Part shown: positions 1 to 7,738 of the stretch, piece after piece
How the letters are laid out: every line of letters starts with the position of its first letter
Numbering within the stretch: the first letter of the stretch is position 1
From: an uncultured virus (IMG/VR IMGVR_UViG_2700989659_000001)
Taxonomy: Duplodnaviria; Heunggongvirae; Uroviricota; Caudoviricetes
IMG/VR virus record: IMGVR_UViG_2700989659_000001
DNA: 20,000 nt
Strand: one strand, 5' to 3'
The notes under the pieces: generated by a model
Database searches by the model: none
Seen by the model: only the letters and a program-made list of their open reading frames with translations
What the model was told of the DNA's origin: nothing
Translations under genes and position numbers: made by a program

Positions 1-256
1 CTACATTAATAGATTTAACATCATGTGGAATTATAATTTCTTTCTTTTCCTCTTCCTGATATTTAACTTCTATCTTATTTTCCTCTTTTGGTTTACAATT
101 CTTACTTCTTGTAAATTCTCCTTTCCATTGATAGTAATAAATATCTGCTGATTTTTCAGTTCCTAAAAATTTTTCACGAATATCTTTTAATAGCTCTTGC
201 TTTTCTTTCCCCATATTTTCAGTTAGGTATTTCTTTATTTGATCTAATTTACTCAT
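1..256 (-). CDS. Hypothetical phage protein, partial (runs off left edge)
   Basis: Hand-translated: ATG at 256 (TAATG overlap with upstream stop, GGAGG SD), MSKLDQIKKYLTENMGKEKQELL..., open to position 1. Confidence 0.75.
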   Translation of the reverse strand, partial: MSKLDQIKKYLTENMGKEKQELLKDIREKFLGTEKSADIYYYQWKGEFTRSKNCKPKEENKIEVKYQEEEKKEIIIPHDVKSINV

Positions 257-570
257 TAATATTTACCTCCTGTAATATCATCTTTAGCCTTACCCCAAAC
301 CATTCTAGCCGTAAGATAAGCATTATCTATCATCTTTAATATTTGTGCTACTCTATCCTTTAACGCTGGATTTTTAGCTATACCTCTACTTTCACCAGTT
401 CTTATATTAAATAAAATTGTGCTCCATCTGTCATATTGTCTAAGAGCTTTTTTATGAAGCGTATAAGCTTTTGAATAATCATTGTCTTTCAATATGTCTA
501 TTTCATCCATAAGGTTATTAAAATTATTAAGGTCCTCAGTTTCTATAAATTTACTGTTTAATTCATTCAT
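256..570 (-). CDS. Hypothetical phage protein (about 104 aa)
   Basis: ORF 256..591; ATG at 570 follows GGAGGG and overlaps the recU stop, so it is the preferred start. Confidence 0.75.
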   Translation of the reverse strand: MNELNSKFIETEDLNNFNNLMDEIDILKDNDYSKAYTLHKKALRQYDRWSTILFNIRTGESRGIAKNPALKDRVAQILKMIDNAYLTARMVWGKAKDDITGGKY

Positions 571-1060
571 AAGATCCCTCCACTTCTTCAAAGAATCTTT
601 TTAAATCATATCTCCACCTAGTCCTGTTTTTAGCTCCTGATACCTCAATCCCATTCTCTTCGCACCATGTAAAAGGAAATGACTTTCTATCTGACATCTC
701 CATATATTCTTTAATTTTCTTTGCTTCAATAGCAAATGTCTTTTGCATATCTCTAAAGTTAAACAAAAAATAAGTTTTGATTTTAGGGTGATTTATTCCA
801 GACATTTGTTTTATTTGGTTTTCCCTTATACAATCAAATGAAATACGTACACCTGCATGAGATTTTAATTCTAATAGTATAAGGTTTTCTATAGTCATTA
901 TCATGAAGTCACATATATTTTTAGCTTGAAATCTTACATTTTCGTTCTTAGATCCACTAAAATTTGCAGTACCATCTTTGAATCTATATATAAAACAATC
1001 TTCTGGAACTGATCTTTTAATATCTTCTTCAAATAATTTACCAGGATTCTTCTTTACCAT
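563..1060 (-). CDS. recU: RecU-family Holliday junction resolvase
   Basis: GKLFEEDI...ICDF...LLELKS...IRENQIKQM pattern of RecU-type PD-(D/E)xK nucleases; GGAGG SD; usual position after the replication genes. Confidence 0.8.
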   Translation of the reverse strand: MVKKNPGKLFEEDIKRSVPEDCFIYRFKDGTANFSGSKNENVRFQAKNICDFMIMTIENLILLELKSHAGVRISFDCIRENQIKQMSGINHPKIKTYFLFNFRDMQKTFAIEAKKIKEYMEMSDRKSFPFTWCEENGIEVSGAKNRTRWRYDLKRFFEEVEGSYE

Positions 1061-1146
1061 ATTGTCCTCCTTTTATTTGTAATTGATAGTCATATGAGAA
1101 TGAAATCTTAGTGACGTGACATGATAACATCCTCATATTTAGTTTT

Positions 1147-1884
1147 TTATTTTTCTATCCTTTCAAATTCTATTACCCATACCCATGGATTAAGGCTCCA
1201 TTTATAATCCTTTGTTGTACTATCCCATAACTCTCGGAAAGCATCTTCTGCTAATGGAGGAAATTCTTCTCTTATTCCTTCTTTTTTTATCTGTTCTTCT
1301 GTAATATCTTGAATTCTTTCAACTCTTACATCAGTAACTTTTAGAAATATCCTGGCTGCTTCTTTTGGCATAAATAATGATGGTTGCCATCCATTTTTAT
1401 AAGCATATTTAATTAAATCTTCATACCGATCACTAGATAAGATAACTTCTTTTAATCTTTCATTTGGCTCTGCTTTAAATAAAAACTTAGCTTTTTTATC
1501 AGAATTACTCATGCTCTGCATCATCCAAGTTTCTCTTACATAAAGAATATCTCCTGGTAAATATGGAGCCTTTATTCTTTCCTTTATCTCAACGCTTTTT
1601 ATATCATTTATATTTCCATTTCCAAATGAAACATAATTAAAATTAACTCCGTCATTTGAACAGCTTCCTATAATATTTAACTCTTGTACATTACCTTTAA
1701 CTATTCTTCTTGTAGTTAGCTTTCTACCTTCTAAAATAGCTTTAACCATTTCTGTATTGAATAGAATCGGTTTTTCCAAATTTCTCACCCTTTCCTTATT
1801 AATCTCAATTTGTAATTGCTCTACCCGTATTTCCCCTTTACAGAGTTTTCTCCAGTTTCTATTGTTAGTTTTAAGATATCTCAT
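1147..1884 (-). CDS. ASCH/PUA-like conserved phage protein
   Basis: KPILFNTEMVKAILEGRKxTTRR, LYVRETW, WxPSLFMPKEAARIFLKVTDVRVERIQDI and NPWVWVIEF motifs; alternative TTG start at 1779 with AGGGTGA SD. Confidence 0.75.
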   Translation of the reverse strand: MRYLKTNNRNWRKLCKGEIRVEQLQIEINKERVRNLEKPILFNTEMVKAILEGRKLTTRRIVKGNVQELNIIGSCSNDGVNFNYVSFGNGNINDIKSVEIKERIKAPYLPGDILYVRETWMMQSMSNSDKKAKFLFKAEPNERLKEVILSSDRYEDLIKYAYKNGWQPSLFMPKEAARIFLKVTDVRVERIQDITEEQIKKEGIREEFPPLAEDAFRELWDSTTKDYKWSLNPWVWVIEFERIEK

Positions 1885-1910
1885 AAAATTACCTTCTTTA
1901 AAAACTCTAG

Positions 1911-2947
1911 TTACTTTTCTATATAGTTAATAACATTCTTAATTACCATGTTTATAGTTCCATCACCATTTGGCACTATTTCAAATTTACTAGAATCATG
2001 ATAAACATCTTCGTTGATGTACAAGTCTATCTGCTTATCTATATTAAGCCTTGTCCTCTTTAGTTTCTTTTCTACCCAAGTCTTGTCCACTAACACCTCA
2101 TCGTTTAATCCTTGTTGTTTTATATAGCTTGTAAAGTCTTCTCGCATTTGTGGATCTTCTACAAACAATATCTCTGAAAATTCATCTATATTTATTGTAT
2201 CTTCTTCTTTTAACTTAGTTTTATAGTGCTTCTAATCTCTTCGGCTTTTACTGCATCATCCGTAATATTTTTTCTGGTCCAGTTCTCAGCTGCCTTTACA
2301 AAAGTTTTAGTCATATCTCTTTCATTAGTTACTATGCTTGCACCTAAAAATGTATTTATAAAGTAATTGGCTCCATATTCATCCTCTTTACTGATTTTTT
2401 GCTTATCTAGAACCATTAAATTGTATCTTTCATCTTCTTTAATTGGTTTAATGAACGCAGCCTTTTGTATTTTTTGACCTCTACCTGGAAGCCCTGCTGC
2501 TTGTGGTACAATTCCAACTCCTACTTTTTTATCTATGAATTGGACTTCATGAGTAAAGTTTTTAACATAATCTAATTTAAGTATCGCAATCATAGGGCCT
2601 TGATCTGTAGTTATTGATGCGACTATTAAATCCGCACTTGGAATATTAACATTGCCTAACATTATCATGAATAATTGCTTAGCTAACTCTTTAGATGCAT
2701 TTATTAAATTACCATCTATTCCTTTTAGGTAATCTTGAGTTAATTCTTTAACTATACTTCTTTCTTGATTGAACTTTGCATATCTAAGCTCTTCGTCTTT
2801 TAAACATTTTTCAATATGCTTGTATAAAAACATATACGTATCTTCATCTAATTCCAAACTATATTCATTTAATATTGCTTCCCCTCCATTGCTATCTAGT
2901 ACATGGATTACAGCTTCATTAATATTAATTTCATTAACATATTCCAT
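1911..2947 (-). pseudogene. Nucleoid-associated protein (YejK/NdpA-like 37-kDa family) split by a 1-nt frameshift at about 2219-2222
   Basis: 245-aa ORF (AVIHVLD...AILKLDY...IQKAAFI...YFINTFLG) ends STIKLS*; adding one A to ATAAAACT gives IKTKLKEEDTINIDEFSEILFVEDPQ..., continuous with ORF 1911..2168. Confidence 0.75.
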
Positions 2948-2959
2948 TGTTTATCCCTC

Positions 2960-3631
2960 CTAAGCTATTTTTCTTACACATTTGTAATAAAAGGCTGCAT
3001 GTTGGCCATTCCAAACTACATTTAAAGTTTCACCGTTGTTATAAATACTTACTATTTTTCCTTTATAAGTTTCTTTGGCATATTCAAATTCAACTGTATC
3101 ACCTATATTCAGGCATTCATCTCTTACTTCTTCATTTACATTTAGTAGTACAACTTCAACCTCTTTGTATACTGGCTTCTGTTCCCATTCTATTACCCAT
3201 CCGCGAGGCGTTATAACTGTAGTTTTATCACCAGGTATTATTATGTTTGCATCGCCCTTACGCTTTATATATCTATCCGGCTTCATCTCTTCTAACTTTC
3301 TAAGTTGTATTTCATTTACTGTTTTATCATTATTAGCAATAAGTATTTCATCTGCTGGCAATAGACCTACATCTATACCTAAATCAAATTCATGCACGCC
3401 TTGTCCATTAAAATACTTTGTCTTGTCTTCTAATTCAACAAGCAATGCCCCCGAAACAGTTTTTATGATTCTATTACAGCTTTCTTTATAGAGATTTATT
3501 ATCTTCTGGAAGTGATCTTCTTTTATCTCTTGTTTTTCAATGATAACTTTTTCTTTAGGCTTGATAATAGCTTCATTAACTGGCATGTTAAATAAATCAA
3601 TTTGCCCATCTAAGACAATTGTTTTCTTCAA
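2960..3631 (-). CDS. Hypothetical phage protein with N-terminal QIDLF motif and C-terminal SH3/KOW-like segment
   Basis: 223-aa ORF, AAGGTGA SD; GQIDLF near the N-terminus; LNIGDTVEFEY...GKIVSI at the C-terminus. Confidence 0.7.
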   Translation of the reverse strand: MKKTIVLDGQIDLFNMPVNEAIIKPKEKVIIEKQEIKEDHFQKIINLYKESCNRIIKTVSGALLVELEDKTKYFNGQGVHEFDLGIDVGLLPADEILIANNDKTVNEIQLRKLEEMKPDRYIKRKGDANIIIPGDKTTVITPRGWVIEWEQKPVYKEVEVVLLNVNEEVRDECLNIGDTVEFEYAKETYKGKIVSIYNNGETLNVVWNGQHAAFYYKCVRKIA

Positions 3632-3707
3632 TGATTATTTCACCTTCTTTTTCAATTGAATTTCATATGATAATATAGTTTTATAAAAGCGGTAGTTCTA
3701 ACTGTAT

Positions 3708-3736
3708 TCATATTATCATTCTATTAATCATAGTAT
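3708..3736 (+). promoter_or_regulatory. Putative sigmaE-type (mother-cell) promoter
   Basis: TCATATT(3708-3714)-N14-CATAGTAT(3729-3736) matches the sigmaE consensus and lies 35 nt before ORF 3772. Confidence 0.55.
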
Positions 3737-3771
3737 CTATTAATTAATATTATTGTTAGGATGATGTAATA

Positions 3772-4005
3772 ATGGCATCTATGGATAATATAGATCCAGA
3801 AGATTTATTAGTTTTGATTACTTCACTCTCTACTTCACTTTCAAAAAATAAAACTACTGCTGAAATTAATTTGCTCGGAAAATTTTTTTCATCAGTAGGA
3901 CGCTCAATGTTGGCTATTGCTTCTGAGGAAAATAATTTACATTCCACAGAAAATGTATCAACTTCATCCGAATCTATACCGGAAAATAATACTAGTTCTA
4001 GCTGA
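3772..4005 (+). CDS. Small clostridial protein, DUF6774-like (moron)
   Basis: IDPEDLLVLITSLSTSLSKNKTTAEINLLGKFFSSVGRSMLAIA resembles DUF6774 proteins; AGGATGA SD, own promoter and terminator, antisense to the early operon. Confidence 0.65.
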   Translation: MASMDNIDPEDLLVLITSLSTSLSKNKTTAEINLLGKFFSSVGRSMLAIASEENNLHSTENVSTSSESIPENNTSSS

Positions 4006-4012
4006 TTAGTAT

Positions 4013-4042
4013 TAAGCTCTTCTAAGTAAGAGCTTATTTTTT
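4013..4042 (+). terminator. Intrinsic terminator
   Basis: TAAGCTCTT-ctaagt-AAGAGCTTA followed by T6. Confidence 0.75.
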
Positions 4043-4249
4043 GTTATATATTTCTTTTAGCATTTGATTTAATTTTATAATTGTCTCTTTATTTTCAGCT
4101 AAAATACTTTCTTGCTTTTTCTGTTCTTCTTTACATACATTATCAAGATTAGCTCCTTTTGATTTAAAGAATTTAATATTATCCTCTAATCTAAGATTCT
4201 CGTTTTTTAGAATAAACTTAAAATGTTTAATTTCTTTTTCATTTAGCAT
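4034..4249 (-). CDS. Hypothetical coiled-coil phage protein (71 aa)
   Basis: ORF with AAAGGA SD, co-oriented with the early operon. Confidence 0.65.
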   Translation of the reverse strand: MLNEKEIKHFKFILKNENLRLEDNIKFFKSKGANLDNVCKEEQKKQESILAENKETIIKLNQMLKEIYNKK

Positions 4250-4339
4250 AAATATTTTCCTTTCTAAAATGAATATTTTTTTCTATACTCCATATATTAA
4301 TTTTGACTAATTATTTGGATATTATTTGACTTATGAAGG

Positions 4340-4669
4340 GTGGCCAATCCAGTGAAAAAATCTATTATTGTATTTTCTATTTTTTTCTTTCTATTATTCA
4401 CTATTAACATTGTAAATATATATGCCCAAACAAAAACATACTCACAAGGTTTTTATACGCTGAAAGACCTTGCTCTATACGAAAATAATGTTTACACAAT
4501 TCAAAATATCCAACCCTATGCAGATGGACTTTTAATTATTACTGACTCTAATCAAACTATACAACAAGTTATACGAATACCGCCCAACTCTATCAAATAT
4601 TCTTTAATACCTCTTAAAAGTGATTACAAATTAATAATATCTGGTAACATTCTTTTAACATTTATTTAA
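4340..4669 (+). CDS. Small exported protein (signal peptide), paralog 1
   Basis: KK-hydrophobic stretch-IYA|Q signal peptide; mature part aligns by eye with 4718..5056 (QTKTYSQGFYTLKDL / QTETFSEGIYTINDL). Confidence 0.8.
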   Translation: MANPVKKSIIVFSIFFFLLFTINIVNIYAQTKTYSQGFYTLKDLALYENNVYTIQNIQPYADGLLIITDSNQTIQQVIRIPPNSIKYSLIPLKSDYKLIISGNILLTFI

Positions 4670-4717
4670 TAAGTTCACATAATAAATTCGACTCTTTATT
4701 TGTGAGATAATTTTATT

Positions 4718-5056
4718 ATGAAAGGTTGTTTATTAATGAAAAAATTTGCTCTTATATTTTCTATTTTTTTACTCATATCTCTAAACTTTAATACAATATC
4801 AGCAGTAGCTCAAACCGAAACTTTTTCTGAAGGAATATATACCATAAATGATTTAAAATTGCTTGCAAATGTTCCGTATAAAGTTCGAAATGTTTCAGGT
4901 GGTAAAGCTTTTATTAGTATACTTAATGACGATTTAGTATTAGAACAATCTATACGTTTTGAAGAAAACTCATTACAATACGTCTTAAATCCTATGCAAT
5001 ATGACTATAAGATTGTAATACTAGGTACTGGTCAATTATCATTTTCTGGAATTTAA
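4718..5056 (+). CDS. Small exported protein (signal peptide), paralog 2; likely start 4736
   Basis: MKKFALIFSIFLLISLNFNTISAVA|Q signal peptide; shares YxLxP..xDYKxxIxG...LxF C-terminus with paralog 1. Confidence 0.8.
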   Translation: MKGCLLMKKFALIFSIFLLISLNFNTISAVAQTETFSEGIYTINDLKLLANVPYKVRNVSGGKAFISILNDDLVLEQSIRFEENSLQYVLNPMQYDYKIVILGTGQLSFSGI

Positions 5057-5195
5057 TATCATTGTAGATTATTAATATTTTCTATAATTTAGTATATGAT
5101 ACTAGTAGTATGAATTAAACTATTTGAATACTTATTTAAAAATTACACATAATATAATTAGTTATTGATTATATTATTATTTAAAAAATCCATTG

Positions 5196-5221
5196 TATGC
5201 CCTTTAATCGGGGCATATTTT
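5196..5221 (+). terminator. Intrinsic terminator after the exported-protein pair
   Basis: TATGCCC...GGGCATA stem followed by TTTT. Confidence 0.6.
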
Positions 5222-5263
5222 GCGTTTAATCTACAGAACTGCTTGGCACTTTAGTATGATATA

Positions 5264-5398
5264 TTAATATTCCCCTTCTGATTCTGCCATCCAACAGATT
5301 CCATAACGTCCATCATCACTTATTCTTGTACACTGTCCTTTGCAATTATCAATACAATTAGTGTCTTTGCAATCTGATCTTTCTTTTTCAATTTCCAT
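5264..5398 (-). CDS. Small 4-Cys phage protein (44 aa, possible Zn binding)
   Basis: ATG at 5398 after AAGGTGA: MEIEKERSDCKDTNCIDNCKGQCTRI...; the longer track start at 5464 falls inside a terminator. Confidence 0.6.
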   Translation of the reverse strand: MEIEKERSDCKDTNCIDNCKGQCTRISDDGRYGICWMAESEGEY

Positions 5399-5445
5399 GT
5401 TCTCACCTTCAATTAACAGTTTATCTAATTTTAGAATTGTGCAAT

Positions 5446-5480
5446 AAAAAAACCGCAAATTCATCTCTGAATAATGCGGT
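5446..5480 (-). terminator. Intrinsic terminator with GNRA loop downstream of the Cys-rich peptide gene
   Basis: RNA: ACCGCA-UU-AUUCA-GAGA-UGAAU-U-UGCGGU-UUUUUU. Confidence 0.85.
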
Positions 5481-5528
5481 ATTAAATATATTATTGATTT
5501 ATTTCCGGAATAATTATTCTATAATAAG

Positions 5529-5615
5529 TTAACAACACCAGTTGCTCCATCTACAGCAGCATTTCCTACAACGGCAACATCTACAGCAACATTTACAGCA
5601 TCTGCAACATGACAT
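5529..5615 (-). CDS. 28-aa Cys-rich peptide MSCCRCCKCCCRCCRCRKCCCRWSNWCC (absent from ORF track)
   Basis: Hand-translated; AAAGGGGAGA SD 5 nt before ATG; 15 Cys using mixed codons (9 TGT, 6 TGC); own promoter candidate and terminator. Confidence 0.8.
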   Translation of the reverse strand: MSCCRCCKCCCRCCRCRKCCCRWSNWCC

Positions 5616-5644
5616 ATTAATCTCCCCTTTTCTTTTGTATGTTA

Positions 5645-5672
5645 TAGTATATTCACAATACTTTATAAGCGT
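5645..5672 (-). promoter_or_regulatory. Putative sigmaK-type promoter for the Cys-rich peptide
   Basis: AC-N17-AATATACTA versus the sigmaK consensus AC-N17-CATAnnnTA (one mismatch); TATACT could alternatively be a sigmaA -10. Confidence 0.45.
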
Positions 5673-5781
5673 TACATTTCATAAGGTTTTATTTGAAAAC
5701 TTATGAAAGTGTTTTTTTATACCGCATTATTCAATTTTCAAAGATCAATTTAATTTATAAAATATTAGTATTACAAACTTA

Positions 5782-5952
5782 TTAAATTCTCTTAAAAACC
5801 ACTTCCTCAGAATTTTTTACAGAATTTAATAAGTCATATAACTTTATTGATTCACCTGTTTCTTCTTCTACAAGCCATATTGTGACTTCTTCTTCTAAAG
5901 CTTTCTTTAATACACTATCAATTATTTCTCCTATTCCATTGTAATTTGACAC
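5782..5952 (-). CDS. Small acidic hypothetical protein (56 aa; absent from ORF track)
   Basis: AAGGAGG-N7-GTG; MSNYNGIGEIIDSVLKKALEEEVTIWLVEEETGESIKLYDLLNSVKNSEEVVFKRI*. Confidence 0.7.
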   Translation of the reverse strand: MSNYNGIGEIIDSVLKKALEEEVTIWLVEEETGESIKLYDLLNSVKNSEEVVFKRI

Positions 5953-6016
5953 CACAAAACCTCCTTATTTTTGATACACAATATCTACAAAATACTTACC
6001 ATATTAGAATTCTGAC

Positions 6017-6205
6017 TTATATTTGGCTTTGCATAGTAATTTCTAACTCCTCTTTATTTGCTGCAATATCAATGATGTAATATTCTCCATAGTCTTTCAA
6101 ATCAGAATAATTAGGATAAAATTCTTCACCACTATCATGATGGTTTATCCTTAAAATTTGACATGTTTTTATCTGTGCTAAAATATCCTTTAATTTTAAA
6201 TCCAC
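6017..6205 (-). CDS. Hypothetical protein (62 aa)
   Basis: ORF with GAAGGT SD, co-oriented with the early operon. Confidence 0.6.
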   Translation of the reverse strand: MDLKLKDILAQIKTCQILRINHHDSGEEFYPNYSDLKDYGEYYIIDIAANKEELEITMQSQI

Positions 6206-6339
6206 TCTTTATACCTTCTTTCTTCTCAAAATTACTAGTATTACTAATGATTAATTACTCCTTCAATCTCTATTCGACTATTTATGTTGTAAATTGGTAA
6301 ATTAGGTTTTAAAATTTATTTATAAGAGGAGGTGTTAAA

Positions 6340-6600
6340 ATGAAAATAAGTGAGTGGAGTCTCTTTCTTACTGATGAACAAGTGAATACTTCTATTGAGA
6401 AATTCTTTGAACGACCAATAATTATATCTAATCCTATAAATTCACATGAAATGCTTGAATTATATACCAAAATCATTAATAACAACGATATAAATAACCG
6501 ATCAAAGCTTTTTTATTTAGATCAATTTGAAGATTTAATCATTGATAGTAGAATTACAACTACTGAAGATTTAATTAAATATACAGATTCACTATTCTAA
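6340..6600 (+). CDS. Hypothetical moron protein (86 aa)
   Basis: Strong AGGAGGTG SD, antisense to the early operon, own terminator. Confidence 0.75.
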   Translation: MKISEWSLFLTDEQVNTSIEKFFERPIIISNPINSHEMLELYTKIINNNDINNRSKLFYLDQFEDLIIDSRITTTEDLIKYTDSLF

Positions 6601-6614
6601 ATATATTACCTATC

Positions 6615-6645
6615 GGGCATTCTTTTTAAAATTAATGCCCTTTTT
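6615..6645 (+). terminator. Intrinsic terminator
   Basis: GGGCATT...AATGCCC followed by T5. Confidence 0.65.
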
Positions 6646-6739
6646 ATTAAACTTATATTAATTTAAACGCTTCCCCCTGTGGTTCGTAATGTATATATTT
6701 TCTTAATGATATTTTTATCATCTTTCACTCCTGTAATTA

Positions 6740-7714
6740 TTAGACTATAAGCTTATTAAGTTCCTTAAGCTCTGCTACTAAATTATTTATATTTTCTTTT
6801 TCTATGGTTATAGTTCCGGTTTTAAGCTTTAAATCTATATGGTTTTCTTTTATTTCATATTCCCCTATGGATCCTTTATAAAGTTTCACCAATTGTAATA
6901 TTGGCTTTTCTTCTATTACGCTGCTTTCTTCAATGCTTTCCTTAATTTGTTTATGCCCTTGATAATTCTTCGCATACTTTCTTATATCCCATACATCTAG
7001 ATAACTTTTTATGGTACTTAAGTTTATTCCGTATTTTTGTGCTATTTCATTTAGGGCCACCTTATTAGTGCCATATCTTTTTATGTGCGCAAGTAGCTCT
7101 TCCTTACTTAGTTTCTGAACTGGCATACTATCATCACCTTCCATTATATTTTTAATTTTATTCAGAGAATCTTTATATTTTCTTGATACACTTGTAGAAC
7201 TTATATTTAGAGTTTTTGAAACTTCGACTTGAGTTTTGTTCTGAAATGCTACTAACTCCACTATTGTTTTATTTATCGGTTCTAATTTGTCTATTGCTGC
7301 TTTAAGATTTTCGCATTCAATGTTTGTAAGAGCTATATCCTCATAATCATTATCATCATGTATTCCTTCAATAAATTCCGTTTCATTATCTTGATTATTA
7401 TTTATAACTTTATTTAGACTGGTAATTACAATGTGCTGGCTTTTATCAGATTTATAATTTCTATTTAATTCATTATTTATAATCATGGTGGCAAATGTTG
7501 TAAATAACACTTTCTTATTTATGTCATAGGCGTTGTAGGCTTTTATAAGTCCAATAAAACCTATCTGTTTTAAATCCTCAATCTCATATCTTATTGTCCA
7601 TCTTTTGCATAAGTTATAAACTAATCCCGAGAATTTCTCGCATACTTCTTTTGATGTTAAATTTTCAGTCCTATTTTTAAACTTTATAAGTCTCTTTACA
7701 ACATTAGATCCCAC
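6740..7714 (-). CDS. Sigma-70 family (sporulation/SigF-G-E-like) sigma factor fused to a C-terminal HTH-containing domain
   Basis: Region 2 EDLKQIGFIGLIKAYNAYD...FTTFA; region 4 LEPINKTIVEL...TQVEVSKTLNISSTSVSR; about 128 extra residues with NEIAQKYGINLSTIKSY. Confidence 0.85.
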   Translation of the reverse strand: MGSNVVKRLIKFKNRTENLTSKEVCEKFSGLVYNLCKRWTIRYEIEDLKQIGFIGLIKAYNAYDINKKVLFTTFATMIINNELNRNYKSDKSQHIVITSLNKVINNNQDNETEFIEGIHDDNDYEDIALTNIECENLKAAIDKLEPINKTIVELVAFQNKTQVEVSKTLNISSTSVSRKYKDSLNKIKNIMEGDDSMPVQKLSKEELLAHIKRYGTNKVALNEIAQKYGINLSTIKSYLDVWDIRKYAKNYQGHKQIKESIEESSVIEEKPILQLVKLYKGSIGEYEIKENHIDLKLKTGTITIEKENINNLVAELKELNKLIV

Positions 7715-7738
7715 ATGTAATCACCTCGATTCTAATAA

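Larger units (their letters stand above)
5468..5733. repeat. Perfect 15-bp inverted repeat bracketing the Cys-peptide cassette (5468-5482 / 5719-5733)
   Basis: TGAATAATGCGGTAT at 5468-5482; exact reverse complement ATACCGCATTATTCA at 5719-5733. Confidence 0.95.

Noticed and set aside
2769..3491. Plus-strand ORFs 2769..2963, 2947..3216 and 3075..3491
   Set aside because: Antisense shadows of well-supported minus-strand genes, Ser/Leu-rich, no SD
3756..3947. Minus-strand 63-aa ORF
   Set aside because: Shadow of the + strand DUF6774-like gene, which has the promoter, SD and terminator
5519..5615. Alternative Val/Ala-rich minus frame (VADAVNVAVDVAVVGNAAVDG) or a simple CAG/CAA microsatellite explanation for the Cys-peptide region
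   Set aside because: Only the Cys frame has an ATG correctly spaced from the SD; the synonymous TGT/TGC mix fits coding constraint in that frame
5468..5733. IS or MITE with terminal inverted repeats
   Set aside because: No transposase and no evident target-site duplication; one arm is part of a terminator. Kept only as a secondary alternative
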